Positions 32,714 through 42,823 of a stretch of DNA of 64,000 nt are shown here, in pieces. The position numbers and the translations under genes were made by a program. The notes beneath the pieces were generated by a model, which saw only the letters and a program-made list of their open reading frames with translations, did no database searches and was not told where the DNA came from. The stretch is from positions 1,377,887-1,441,886 of the forward strand of contig OZ246394.1 in assembly GCA_965230895.1 (NCBI GenBank). Reading direction: 5' to 3'. This DNA is from an uncultured Gammaproteobacteria bacterium (GTDB taxonomy: Bacteria > Patescibacteriota > Microgenomatia > Levybacterales > UBA12049). Every line of letters starts with the position of its first letter. Within the stretch, counting starts at the first letter, position 1.

Positions 32714-34099
32714 ATGGTAAACAAAAAAACAACCCAACCCTTAGCTGTTGACGAACTTGTCGGCAAACCAGCGCCTGCTCCTAAAGAAGAAACTCAACCA
32801 GAACCAGTAGCTGCTGAGACAACTGCATCAGCTGAAGCTCCTGCTCAAACAGATGCTCCACGTCCACAACGAATTCATATTGGTGGTGACCGAGGCGAAA
32901 GAAATGATTATCACGGTCGAGACAATAGAGATAGAGGACATTATCAGCGAAATAATTATCAGCAACGAGATCGTCGTGACGAAGAGCAAGGTCCTACTGA
33001 AGAAGTAAAAGGATTTTTAGATACACAACCAGAAGGACATGGTTTCCTCCGACCAAAATTTATTCACTCAAGTCGAGACATTTATATCTCTCAATCACAA
33101 ATCCGAAGATTTATGCTTCGAGCTGGTGATTTAGTTGAAGGTGTTGCTCGTCCGCCAAAGGATACAGAGCGATACTACGGACTGCTTAAAGTCGAGAAAG
33201 TAAATGGTATGGCGGCTGAAGAAGCGATGAAACGACCATTCTTTGACGACTTAACTCCAATTTATCCAAATAAGCAATTAGTTCTTGCAACAGATGCGAC
33301 ACCGTTATCAACTCGTATGATTGATCTTATCGCGCCAATTGGTTTTGGGCAGAGAGGTATGATCGTATCTCCTCCAAAAGCAGGTAAAACAACAATCCTT
33401 AAGCAAATTGCAGCAGGAATTACAGCTAATTTCCCAGATGTTCATTTGATGGCTGCATTGATTGGAGAACGACCTGAAGAAGTTACGGATATCAGTATGT
33501 CAGTTAAAGGCGAAGTTGTGGCAAGTCACTTTGATGAACCACCAGAGAATCAAACTCGTGTTGCTGAAATCACCATAGAACGTGCAAAGCGTATGGTAGA
33601 GCTTGGAAAAGACGTCGTTATACTTCTTGACTCAATTACACGTCTTGCACGAGCATACAATCTCTCTGTTGAACCATCTGGACGTACGTTGTCTGGAGGT
33701 TTTGATCCAGCAGCGTTACATCCAGCAAAGAGATTCTTTGGAGCAGCTCGAAATTGCCAAGAAGGTGGATCATTGACGATTATTGGTACGGCTTTGGTTG
33801 AAACAGGTTCACGCATGGATGATTTGATCTATGAAGAATTCAAAGGTACTGGTAACATGGAACTTCATTTGGATCGAAAACTCGCAGAACGTCGTATTTT
33901 CCCATCAATCAATATCGAGCGATCAGGTACTCGTGGAGAAGAGAGAATTCTTCCAGAAGCTTCATATCAGAAGATCGTTACAATGCGTCGTATGATGGAT
34001 ATGCTTAATGATGACGAGCGAACAATGCGGTTGGTCGAACAACTTGGTAAAGCAAAGACAAATGCAGATTTTCTTGAGCAACTTGGTAAAGGTGCTTAA
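32714..34099 (+). CDS. rho: transcription termination factor Rho with low-complexity RD/RG-rich N-terminal insertion
   Basis: GQRGMIVSPPKAGKTTIL Walker A. Rho RNA-binding OB region. N-terminal RGERNDYHGRDNRDRGHYQRNNYQQRDRRDEE. Confidence 0.85.
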   Translation: MVNKKTTQPLAVDELVGKPAPAPKEETQPEPVAAETTASAEAPAQTDAPRPQRIHIGGDRGERNDYHGRDNRDRGHYQRNNYQQRDRRDEEQGPTEEVKGFLDTQPEGHGFLRPKFIHSSRDIYISQSQIRRFMLRAGDLVEGVARPPKDTERYYGLLKVEKVNGMAAEEAMKRPFFDDLTPIYPNKQLVLATDATPLSTRMIDLIAPIGFGQRGMIVSPPKAGKTTILKQIAAGITANFPDVHLMAALIGERPEEVTDISMSVKGEVVASHFDEPPENQTRVAEITIERAKRMVELGKDVVILLDSITRLARAYNLSVEPSGRTLSGGFDPAALHPAKRFFGAARNCQEGGSLTIIGTALVETGSRMDDLIYEEFKGTGNMELHLDRKLAERRIFPSINIERSGTRGEERILPEASYQKIVTMRRMMDMLNDDERTMRLVEQLGKAKTNADFLEQLGKGA

Positions 34100-34166
34100 A
34101 ATCCTATAGAGCTCCACTTAAGGTAGAAAAATACTCATCTGTTCTCGCTATAATATAGCTAAAAAT

Positions 34167-34195
34167 TTGACGCACCACCTGAAATTTGATACTAT
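34167..34195 (+). promoter_or_regulatory. promoter TTGACG-17-TACTAT
   Basis: Read from the sequence upstream of the LysM/M23 gene. Confidence 0.45.
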
Positions 34196-34231
34196 CTAAC
34201 CTCAGAAGCGGGGTCTGCCGCCCTTACTCCT

Positions 34232-35359
34232 ATGCACAAACGGACACAACATAGACTTGCTTTGCGGATGAGAAGCATCTTCGTCGAGACCAAAGAATTC
34301 TTTGACTTTGTTTTTTACTATTTTAAAAAGAAAGTTGTGACTTCCTCAGTTCGATTTGAGAAGAATAAAAATCAAATGGTTAAGTTCTTCCTTATGAAGC
34401 GTGGAAGATATAATCGACCGTTCTTGCATCTTACTACCATGGGTGTGTTAGGTATTGGAGTTACTATAGCGCCTTTCCTTGCTGACACATATCCTATCTT
34501 TGCATCGCAACAACAAAACCTCAATATTGCCGCATCATCAGCTGAAAAACAATCTGTTCTGGTTGGTGAGGAAGTTTTTCAAACAGAAGTTTCACAAAAG
34601 CCAAGAGACAAGATAATTACGTATCGTGTTGAACGTGGTGATACCTTGTCAACAATTGCGAAAAAGTTTGCTGTTTCAGAAGACACAATTACCTGGGCAA
34701 ATGACCTTAATGGTGATGAATTGAGTATCGGTGATGAACTGAAGATTCTTCCTGTTTCAGGTATCTCCCACAAAGTTGCAGAAGGTGAAACAATCTACAC
34801 AGTGGCGAAGAAATATAATACAGAACCGCAGAAAATTGCTGATTTTCCGTTTAATGAATTTGCCGGAAATGGCGAAACTTTAGCCTTGGTAACTGGGCAA
34901 ATCCTTATCGTTCCTGATGGTATCAAGCCTTCAGAACGGCCTGTGATTAGACAGCAAGTACAAATTGCTCGTGGGCCAATTCCAGTTGCTTCAGGTGGAT
35001 ACACATATCCAATTCATGGTGGTATCAGTCAGTACTACAGTTGGTATCATCCTGGTTTGGATATCACTTCACCGGTTGGTACACCAATCTATGCTGCTCA
35101 TAGTGGTACTGTTACTCGAGTTAGTCTTGGAACCTACGATGGTGGTTATGGTAATAACGTCTGGATAAGCAATGGAAATGGTATAGAGTCTCATTACGCA
35201 CACATGAGTACTGTTAATGTATCAGTCGGACAACGTGTTGTTGGTGGATCTACACAGGTTGGAGCTATCGGTATGACTGGTCGTACGACGGGTCCTCACG
35301 TCCACTTTGAGATGCGATCAGGTGGAAGCTATGTTAATCCACTTGGATACATTCAATAG
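34232..35359 (+). CDS. LysM-domain M23-family peptidase
   Basis: Two LysM repeats (YRVERGDTLSTIAKKF; HKVAEGETIYTVAKKY). M23 motifs HPGLDI and HYAHMS...GPHVHFEMR. The start could alternatively be the internal MVKFFL. Confidence 0.8.
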   Translation: MHKRTQHRLALRMRSIFVETKEFFDFVFYYFKKKVVTSSVRFEKNKNQMVKFFLMKRGRYNRPFLHLTTMGVLGIGVTIAPFLADTYPIFASQQQNLNIAASSAEKQSVLVGEEVFQTEVSQKPRDKIITYRVERGDTLSTIAKKFAVSEDTITWANDLNGDELSIGDELKILPVSGISHKVAEGETIYTVAKKYNTEPQKIADFPFNEFAGNGETLALVTGQILIVPDGIKPSERPVIRQQVQIARGPIPVASGGYTYPIHGGISQYYSWYHPGLDITSPVGTPIYAAHSGTVTRVSLGTYDGGYGNNVWISNGNGIESHYAHMSTVNVSVGQRVVGGSTQVGAIGMTGRTTGPHVHFEMRSGGSYVNPLGYIQ

Positions 35360-35373
35360 TTCGGGATATCTCT

Positions 35374-37719
35374 TTACTTCAGGAGGCTTCGTTCTTTAGT
35401 GTACATAATCCATAAGAGAAGATTAAAAAGAGAAATAAGGAAGAATGGTAATGTCATTGCTACGCCAAATGAGAATAAGAACATGAGCTCCAGGAGAAAC
35501 GAAACAAACAACGTAAACTCAAAAAGTTCTCCTGCAACATGTTTAAATCCGAGGATGTTTGGTATTTGCACATGATCTTTCGTGTATAACGTTACCATTG
35601 ATTCTTTCTTGGTATCAGTTGCTGAGGTTAACTCCTTTTTAATAAATCCTTCTTTTGTAACAATAAGCTTCAAATACGGCTTATCAAATACATTTCTAAT
35701 CGCAAATCTGCCTATCTTGTTTGTCATTCCATGAGCCAATATCTGGCCAGTTTTTATATCCGCAACTTCAATCCGGACCCCTGTAATCGGATTCTTCTTT
35801 TCATCAATGATAAAGCCATATATATACGCTTCATAATGTTTTCTCCCTGCTACAGCAAGCCCAAAGAAAAAGTATGGGAAGAAGTTCTTCCAAGGGATAT
35901 CGGTTCGTAATTGGAACAAAAGCATAGCCAATCCAGTAATTGAAAGCAGTGCAACTGCTCCAACGAAATAGAATAAGCGTACAGAACTCGACAGGTTTTT
36001 GAAGAGGCTCGTACTGGTGTTTAAAAACTCCTTTGACCAATCATAGAATGTATTTATGAGATAGGTGAGATCAAAAGGATTCTTCTTAAGGCGTACAGTC
36101 GGATATTCTTCACCTTGTGCGGATCCAAGGGTAAACTCTACTGATTTCTGACCATAACCCCAAGCACTCACATCTACTTTATACCGGCCAGGCAAAAGAA
36201 CAGGGGAGACTTCACCAATAGAATTGGAATAAAAGATCATATCTAATGGTTCAAATGCGTTACTTTTTGTATTAAATATTGAGAGCGCAGCTCGTGCATC
36301 AGCAAGTGGAGTATTAAGCTCAGACTCTAGGATTCTAATTGGCGGACCGCTTTTAAAATCAGATATCTTTCTACTCATTATGTTACCTTTTTGATCACTT
36401 TGATACATAAGAACGTTATAGGTTCCTATCTTTCCCGTGCGTAAATGAGCGACATAAGTAATTGAGTCTTTCGTCGCCATCTTTACTCTTCGGTCTATGC
36501 CATCTGGGCCAGAAACGACAATCTCAATAGAGGATGCTTGCTGTGGTTTTGTGAATGTATAAAACACTTGATATTCCGCTGTTGTAGGCAAGATAACAAA
36601 GTTATTGTTGGCCTCTTGATTCAGGATACGCGAGAGTAAAACTGTTTCGCCACTTTTTATAACAACAGCATCATTTTGAGCTTGAGGAACCGTCGATTTC
36701 GCTGCAGTTGTGAATGTAAATATTTCTGAACGGATGCTTTGTCCGCTACTATCAATCGCCACAACTTGGAAGTAATATCGAGTTGATGGGTTCAATTGAG
36801 ATATGGTTAATGTGTTTGATCGAGCAAACGCTGAAGAAATTGCTGTTCTATTCAAGCTTGATTCATCAGTTCCATAAAGGACAGTAACTTGAGCAGGACG
36901 GTTTGTATTGACAGTAACATCCGTAGAAGAATCAGTTATCCGATCAAATCGGACATCAAGTATGCTCACATTATTTGGTTTTTGAGCCGGAGTTGGTGTC
37001 GGTGCTGTAGTTGGTGCCGGTATTGCCGTAGGTTGTGGCCCTGGTGTTGAAGTAGGTCCAGGAGTCGGGGTTGGTGTCATTGTTGGTGTCGGAGTTAGCG
37101 ATGGTATTGGTGTGAGCGTTGGAGTTGGGGTCACGAGGCTCAAATCAAATTGGTATGTCTGAGTCTCTGTTTGGTCTGGAAAGGTTATAAAATCGTTGCT
37201 CAAGCGTGCTCTTGTCGTAAAAGAAACAGGATCAGGTTCTGTATAGTTTTCGTTTGTACGGAGCTGAAATGTCACAGTCTGGTTCGTTGTTCCGGCTGGA
37301 AGTGCTGGGATCGTCCAGGTGATCGTTCTGTTCAGTAAGTCGACAACTGGTACAACTCCGCCATATGCTGTGCTCGCTGAACCAATGACATAATCAAGAA
37401 CATGGCTTCCACCTGGTGCTTCATCATCACGAAAGTCTATCGTGATTGTTGTTTCAGTATCAGTGCCTGCTGAAGCTTGGGCTCCATAGGTAACTTCATA
37501 ATTAAGGACAGTTCTCTGTGGTACAGTTGTCTGTCCATCAGAGGCAAAGTTGAATTGAAAGTCACCTTGGCTCGGTGGAACAATAGCTGTAACAGAAAAG
37601 TCCCTTCGCTCTTGGACTTGCGCATATAATTGGGTTTGGACTGTTGGCAAAAGCAATAATGTAATGATGGCAGTCACGATAAAGATTATTTTGGATTTCA
37701 GGTTATATTTCATTCTCAT
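35374..37719 (-). CDS. large surface/membrane protein: signal peptide, PT-rich linker, FN3-like domain, two carboxypeptidase-regulatory-like domains, C-terminal TM helices
   Basis: Linker TPTPTLTPIPSLTPTPTMTPTPTPGP. FN3-like block (ISQLNPSTRYYFQVVAIDSSG). CarbopepD_reg-like PGRYKVDVSAWGYG. Hydrophobic helices near the C-terminus. Confidence 0.5.
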   Translation of the reverse strand: MRMKYNLKSKIIFIVTAIITLLLLPTVQTQLYAQVQERRDFSVTAIVPPSQGDFQFNFASDGQTTVPQRTVLNYEVTYGAQASAGTDTETTITIDFRDDEAPGGSHVLDYVIGSASTAYGGVVPVVDLLNRTITWTIPALPAGTTNQTVTFQLRTNENYTEPDPVSFTTRARLSNDFITFPDQTETQTYQFDLSLVTPTPTLTPIPSLTPTPTMTPTPTPGPTSTPGPQPTAIPAPTTAPTPTPAQKPNNVSILDVRFDRITDSSTDVTVNTNRPAQVTVLYGTDESSLNRTAISSAFARSNTLTISQLNPSTRYYFQVVAIDSSGQSIRSEIFTFTTAAKSTVPQAQNDAVVIKSGETVLLSRILNQEANNNFVILPTTAEYQVFYTFTKPQQASSIEIVVSGPDGIDRRVKMATKDSITYVAHLRTGKIGTYNVLMYQSDQKGNIMSRKISDFKSGPPIRILESELNTPLADARAALSIFNTKSNAFEPLDMIFYSNSIGEVSPVLLPGRYKVDVSAWGYGQKSVEFTLGSAQGEEYPTVRLKKNPFDLTYLINTFYDWSKEFLNTSTSLFKNLSSSVRLFYFVGAVALLSITGLAMLLFQLRTDIPWKNFFPYFFFGLAVAGRKHYEAYIYGFIIDEKKNPITGVRIEVADIKTGQILAHGMTNKIGRFAIRNVFDKPYLKLIVTKEGFIKKELTSATDTKKESMVTLYTKDHVQIPNILGFKHVAGELFEFTLFVSFLLELMFLFSFGVAMTLPFFLISLFNLLLWIMYTKERSLLK

Positions 37720-37760
37720 TCAAGCATACAAAATCGCAGCAGCCTGAGCAAGGCTAGAGA

Positions 37761-38171
37761 TTATTTAACGGTGATAATAAGCTTCTCATTCTGATTATTT
37801 CGGTCAGCAACTGCAAAAGTACCCTTCTTATTAAACTGCATCTGAACGGCTTCCATATGCCCGTAGCCGCGTGGAGTTGTTAATTCTGGAGTAGTTGCTA
37901 TCAATGACATTAATTCAGTCTCATTGGTGTTTACAATTTGGATATAGCGAGTGAATCCAATCGTCACCGCATGCTTGCTAAACTTTTTTCCATCAAAGGT
38001 AACTTTCGTTATCAATGGATCATTTTGTGTACCTCCAACTGTAGTTGGTTCTGGTATCACAATTTGTTTGACATCAGAAAATCCGTTTTGCAAAACTTCA
38101 GGAAAGAAAAATGCATGTGTTAAAAATCCCGCAGCAAAAAATAAAATGCTCAGGAATATATTTTTTTTCAT
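37761..38171 (-). CDS. small secreted protein (136 aa), hypothetical
   Basis: Signal peptide MKKNIFLSILFFAAGFLTHAF. Last gene but one of the long minus-strand operon. Confidence 0.35.
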   Translation of the reverse strand: MKKNIFLSILFFAAGFLTHAFFFPEVLQNGFSDVKQIVIPEPTTVGGTQNDPLITKVTFDGKKFSKHAVTIGFTRYIQIVNTNETELMSLIATTPELTTPRGYGHMEAVQMQFNKKGTFAVADRNNQNEKLIITVK

Positions 38172-38178
38172 ATGAGGA

Positions 38179-39123
38179 TTATCTGAACAATGCCTTTAAA
38201 GCCTTGCCGAGACGCTTTCGCATGAGGTAAAGAAGGAATAATACTACAAGTGCACCTGCAGCGATTTTAACAGGGAAGACATAGAAGGTTGTGGTAGCTG
38301 AAAGGCTTTGATTTTGGGAACCATAGTACATAAGCGCAGTCGCTTTATAGCTTCCGATAAGGAATTTGTTGCTTAATTCAGAACGGAGAACTCGTTCTGC
38401 AGATGGGAAAACGTTTGTTCCAGGAACAACAATATCTGCAACTTTACGACCGAACATATCTGTCACATTGACGAGCCCAAAAGTCTTGACGTGGACATTG
38501 CCACTATTGGCAAATGTTAAGTTAAATGGAACTGGTCCATATTCAGAAAAAGTCGGTGCTTCAATTGATTTCAATTCGAGCTTCTCATCAACTGGACCGC
38601 TTACTTTAACAAGGAACAATGATGCGATTTCTTGAGAAAGTGATGCTGAATTTGGATCAGCATTTTCTGGTTTCACGCCAAAGACAAATGATCCAAATCT
38701 GCCTCCAGCAGCATCAGCTGGTGCTTTGATTATTGCTGTAACTTCCTGTTCAGCACCTGGTTGCAGTGTAAATGTCGAAGGTGAAACATTGGTCCAAGAA
38801 GCAACACTATATGGACTATCTGCTGTTAATTCAATTTGTCCTTCATCACCTTTGGCTGTAAAGTCTTCTATTCGAACTGTAACTGGTACGGAAGTATTGC
38901 TTTTATTTCTGAGGGTTGCTTTAACGGTTGTTGTCTTTCCCGGGTCGATAGATACTTCTTGTGATGGTGGAGAAACCTCAAGCCCTTGTCCTGGCACTTG
39001 TGCGGTTACATAATCGTGAATTGAATAGGCGAGCGTTGTCCCTCCTACAACTAACAAAACACTGAGCAATGCCCAGGATGCTTTATTCATTCCGTGGAGC
39101 TTGTTCAATAGTGTATGTTTCAT
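38179..39123 (-). CDS. cassette A1: secreted beta-rich protein with C-terminal TM anchor and basic tail (DUF916/DUF3324 CscA-like architecture)
   Basis: Signal peptide. C-terminal IAAGALVVLFLLYLM-RKRLGKALKALFR. Start ATG overlaps the stop of the upstream gene (TAATG). Confidence 0.5.
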   Translation of the reverse strand: MKHTLLNKLHGMNKASWALLSVLLVVGGTTLAYSIHDYVTAQVPGQGLEVSPPSQEVSIDPGKTTTVKATLRNKSNTSVPVTVRIEDFTAKGDEGQIELTADSPYSVASWTNVSPSTFTLQPGAEQEVTAIIKAPADAAGGRFGSFVFGVKPENADPNSASLSQEIASLFLVKVSGPVDEKLELKSIEAPTFSEYGPVPFNLTFANSGNVHVKTFGLVNVTDMFGRKVADIVVPGTNVFPSAERVLRSELSNKFLIGSYKATALMYYGSQNQSLSATTTFYVFPVKIAAGALVVLFLLYLMRKRLGKALKALFR

Positions 39124-40265
39124 TAGTATGTTGGTGTAGCAACGAGAATGACTGTTCCTGTATATGCTCCAGCAGGCTGAATACCATTAACTTCTGCTTC
39201 CCAACCTAATCGGACTGTTTCATTTGTAACTCCAGCAGCACTACAGATAACTTCTGCACCTGCTGTTGATGATCCTGCCCATTTCGCTCCACCACTTGTG
39301 AATCTTGCAGCAGTTCCAGTACAAAGCGTTGCATCTTCAGTTGAATATCCAAAGTATCCTGTGTTTGTATTTGCTGTTGTACCTGCTGGTGAACTCCATG
39401 TTGTTGGTGAAGCATTTGTGCCAGTCCAAGTATCAATATTATTTGTCGACCCTGAAATCAATGGAGGATTCCCCGATTGAGCATTTGCTGAATGAGATGC
39501 TGTCACTGTATAACCGTTCGCTGCGTTCGTACTGATTGTTACATCATGTGCTGCGATCTTTGGAGCACCATTTGCTAATGTTCCGAAAGGAATAGTTGTT
39601 GCAGTTGAAGTTACGTTAACGTTTCCTGATCCACCGTTGAAGTTTCCACCAGTTGAAACGCCAGCGACACTAAAGGAAAAGCTTGGATCAACCGTAGCTG
39701 AAACTGCAATTGAAGTTGTATCTAATACTGCAAATGCTGCAGTTGTTGGGCCGTCGATAACGGTTGAACCAGTGTCTGAATAGGTAGTTGTTCTTGCATA
39801 ATATGTTGTATTAGCACCTGATGGGTTCGTGACTCCTGTGAAGTTAACAAACATAGCCTGAGTTGATTGGGTTGATGGAGTAGTGACAACTACTCGAAAT
39901 GCATTTGCAGATGGAGCGGAGTTTGTTCTTCCGGTACCAGCGATGTTGTCAGTTTGAATTGTTGGGGTTCCTGAATTAAATCCAGCAGGAGCATTACATG
40001 TTCCAGAAGCGGTGGTACAAATCTGGATATCAATTTGTTTGATCGCAGTAGTAGCTGTCGTCGTCCAGTTAAACCCATAGGTAACATTGGATGCAGATGC
40101 TTGCGAATTGTTAATAGTTACTTTGTAGCTCGTTAATGTGCCGGCATTTGCTTTCGCTGCATACATATTTACTACAGGGGGGAGAAGCAGTAATAAGATT
40201 AAGAGCAAAGTCGATGTAATCTTTATCTGTGTTTTTGTAAGATTTTTCAATTTTTGAGCAGACAT
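39123..40265 (-). CDS. cassette B1: secreted Thr/Ser/Gly/Asn-rich protein, conserved C-terminal W-containing domain (WxL-like, inferred)
   Basis: Signal peptide. No anchor. C-terminal block PTTWSS...GYFGYSTEDATL...RFTSGGAKWAG...VILVATPTY shared with B2 and B3. Confidence 0.5.
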   Translation of the reverse strand: MSAQKLKNLTKTQIKITSTLLLILLLLLPPVVNMYAAKANAGTLTSYKVTINNSQASASNVTYGFNWTTTATTAIKQIDIQICTTASGTCNAPAGFNSGTPTIQTDNIAGTGRTNSAPSANAFRVVVTTPSTQSTQAMFVNFTGVTNPSGANTTYYARTTTYSDTGSTVIDGPTTAAFAVLDTTSIAVSATVDPSFSFSVAGVSTGGNFNGGSGNVNVTSTATTIPFGTLANGAPKIAAHDVTISTNAANGYTVTASHSANAQSGNPPLISGSTNNIDTWTGTNASPTTWSSPAGTTANTNTGYFGYSTEDATLCTGTAARFTSGGAKWAGSSTAGAEVICSAAGVTNETVRLGWEAEVNGIQPAGAYTGTVILVATPTY

Positions 40266-40319
40266 AGGGCAAGATAAAACTATCAGTACATTAAGAATAA
40301 ATTAAAGAGCTGTGCGATG

Positions 40320-41285
40320 TCAAGGACGAATTAAGGCTTTTATAGCCTCAGAAAAGCGTTTTCGTTTAAGAATTATAAACAGTAAGAATATTAAGACTAA
40401 GACAAGCCCGAATGCATGAGCAAACGGAAATACAATAAAATATCTTTCATCTGTAATAGTTTGACCGTTGCCTGTCGAGACGGTTAGCGCTGCCCTATAA
40501 ATGTTTGGAGAAAGACCTTGAATTTTAGCTTCTTCAGTCCATCTTCGGACACCACCTGGGAATATGATTTTCTCTTCAAGTTCGATCTTTTGTTTGCTGG
40601 TTGCTGGAATAAGTGGTTCAACTGTCAGATCTGGTTTTGCTGAGAAGAAATTCAAGGCGATATTTTTAACGCGTAATAATAAAGGAACTGTACCTTCTTG
40701 ATTCCAGTAAGGTAAAGAAAAATCAAGAATCTCAGCTTTCTTTGCATTTGGATCTGGAACGCCGATGTTTGCGAGCATTAAAATTCCGACTTTGGCATTA
40801 ACTCTTGTGGCGTCAGTGGGAGCGTTCACTAAAACTGGTTCAAAAAAGAGTACACCATAATATCCACCAACAGGAATTGATTTTGGTGTCTGTATTGCCA
40901 TCTGTAATGTTTTCTTTTCCTTGGGACCGAGGATGAATTCGTTCTCGCTTAATGAAACCCATGAAAGAAGAGGATTCGTTTTTGATTCTTCAAAGATATA
41001 TCCACCTTCTTCGCCACTTGTTATGAAATCATTGAAAGATGCACGCAATGGCATAGGGGATGATGATAAGTTTTCGATTGTCACTTCCTGTTGTATTGTT
41101 TTGTCTGGGGATAAGGAAAGATTCATTATGACAGGTGACACTCGAAGTGTCTGCTCTTGTGCATATGCATTTTGAGCAGATAACAACGATACCACCATTA
41201 ATAATGGGGTCATTAAAGCTAGGTTTATACACTTTGATATATTAAATCTCATATTTAGCCATGAACTATTAATAACTAGGTACAA
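40320..41285 (-). CDS. cassette A2: paralogue of A1 (signal peptide, C-terminal TM anchor, basic tail)
   Basis: C-terminus LVLVLIFLLFIIL-KRKRFSEAIKALIRP. Overlaps B2 by 17 nt. Confidence 0.5.
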   Translation of the reverse strand: MYLVINSSWLNMRFNISKCINLALMTPLLMVVSLLSAQNAYAQEQTLRVSPVIMNLSLSPDKTIQQEVTIENLSSSPMPLRASFNDFITSGEEGGYIFEESKTNPLLSWVSLSENEFILGPKEKKTLQMAIQTPKSIPVGGYYGVLFFEPVLVNAPTDATRVNAKVGILMLANIGVPDPNAKKAEILDFSLPYWNQEGTVPLLLRVKNIALNFFSAKPDLTVEPLIPATSKQKIELEEKIIFPGGVRRWTEEAKIQGLSPNIYRAALTVSTGNGQTITDERYFIVFPFAHAFGLVLVLIFLLFIILKRKRFSEAIKALIRP

Positions 41286-42366
41286 CTATATATAATACGG
41301 TACTACTATACTTAGCTGCCTTTTGAGATGCAGCGGTTTGGACTCTATATGTGATCGTAAATTGCTCGTTAACGATAGCTGAAGTCACAGGTCCTGCATG
41401 ATCAGCTACTGGGTCTCCTGGAGTAGAGGTTGTGAATCCTGCATACTTAGGTCCACCGATGGTGAATCGGTCCGCCGTTCCTCCAGTTAAGCTACTATCA
41501 TTTGTAGTATAGCCGAATCCGTTGCCTGACCATGTCGTTGGTGCTGAATTTGGACTTGAATAATCAGCAATCGTGCCAAATCCTGTTGCCGTAAGTGGTC
41601 CAGTTGATCGTGCGTTAACCACATAACCATTATATGCATTGGTTGAAGTCGTAAGTGTCGTTGTTTTACTACCATCAGTATAGGAATTTCCGGAGTTCAG
41701 ATTGCTGAAAGTTACGTTATTTGAATCAACACTAAAGGTGAGGGAGGGCGTAGTCGTTGCCGCTTGCGCTGTTGGTCCGTATTCACTCTCAGTATAATCT
41801 CCCTGTCTAGCCTTTACTTTAATAGTATATGTTGTTCCTTGTAATAGACCCGTTACATATTCTCCGCTGGCTCCGCCCCAGTCCGTATAAGTTTGGAAAT
41901 CAGCACTTGTTAATGTCGTTCCAATAGTATTGTCACTTTTGATATAGCGGACGTCACTGACGAAATTATCAGAACTTATGGAAATAGCATATTCAGCATC
42001 GGCGGGATTATTGCTTGTATTGAGTATAAATTGTAAGCGGTCATAATTACTCGATGGATTTGTAAAAGTCGGTACTCCAGGGACGTGAGCTTTCATAATA
42101 TAAGTCAGTCCTGACCCCATTTGGAAATTTGTACTCGAAGGTCTCCCAAATTCTATTTGTCCAGCTACGCCATAGAGTCCAAAGTTACTTGAGGTACTAT
42201 TCGTTGTTCCACCGGAACCAAACGAATATTCCTGAATTCTGTAGTTGGTACTGGCTGGGTATGCAGCAAACGCAATAAGGGTGAGAGGTGAGAAATGAGA
42301 TGTTAGAAATATGATCAAAACCAGAATGGGCAGTTTATGTTTCATACTAATAGTATACCTACTCAC
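41269..42366 (-). CDS. cassette B2: paralogue of B1
   Basis: C-terminal block PTTWSGNGFGYTTNDSSLTGGTADRFTIGGPKYAG...STVLYIVVPSY aligns with B1. Confidence 0.5.
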   Translation of the reverse strand: MSRYTISMKHKLPILVLIIFLTSHFSPLTLIAFAAYPASTNYRIQEYSFGSGGTTNSTSSNFGLYGVAGQIEFGRPSSTNFQMGSGLTYIMKAHVPGVPTFTNPSSNYDRLQFILNTSNNPADAEYAISISSDNFVSDVRYIKSDNTIGTTLTSADFQTYTDWGGASGEYVTGLLQGTTYTIKVKARQGDYTESEYGPTAQAATTTPSLTFSVDSNNVTFSNLNSGNSYTDGSKTTTLTTSTNAYNGYVVNARSTGPLTATGFGTIADYSSPNSAPTTWSGNGFGYTTNDSSLTGGTADRFTIGGPKYAGFTTSTPGDPVADHAGPVTSAIVNEQFTITYRVQTAASQKAAKYSSTVLYIVVPSY

Positions 42367-42387
42367 TTGGTACTTTGCATATGGTTG

Positions 42388-42807
42388 CTAGATTGGCAAA
42401 TAGAAGACTTGTAACCCGAAGAGGGCATGGAGGTACTCAAACGTAGCGATCTGAGGAATACTTTTTTTGTTACAGACCACTGACATAATTGCTTTCGAAA
42501 ATGTCAGGTCTACTGAATCGCTCGATTCAACCGTTCTGATGGCTTGCTTCATCTCTGCGGATTCAGGAAAGATGATATTTATAGAACTTAAAGATATTGC
42601 TCTCAGATAATCTCGAGCTAGGGAAGGGCTGATCGTATTGTAGATAGTCGTGTATGTGTCATTCACCGTCATAATGCTTGCATATAGCTGATATTTCTCC
42701 TGGGCGAAGTATCTAAAGTACGCCGAAGCTTGCACATGTTTTGGATGTGCTCGATCTATAAAGGCGATGAAGCCATCTGGTGCTATGTATACTTTTTTAC
42801 TGACCAT
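42388..42807 (-). CDS. PIN-like protein (possible VapC-type toxin), low confidence
   Basis: N-terminal VYIAPDGFIAFIDRAHPKH resembles the PIN first strand/acidic residue. 139 aa. Immediately downstream of an HTH gene. Confidence 0.3.
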   Translation of the reverse strand: MVSKKVYIAPDGFIAFIDRAHPKHVQASAYFRYFAQEKYQLYASIMTVNDTYTTIYNTISPSLARDYLRAISLSSINIIFPESAEMKQAIRTVESSDSVDLTFSKAIMSVVCNKKSIPQIATFEYLHALFGLQVFYLPI

Positions 42808-42823
42808 AGATTAGGTTTGAAAC

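Noticed and set aside
39123-42366. Calling the B proteins bona fide WxL-domain proteins, or outer-membrane beta-barrels on the basis of the C-terminal aromatic residue
   Set aside because: The W/Y-x-hydrophobic motifs are suggestive but I cannot run an HMM. The C-terminal strands contain Pro at -3, which is atypical for an OMP beta-signal. Reported as an architectural analogy only.
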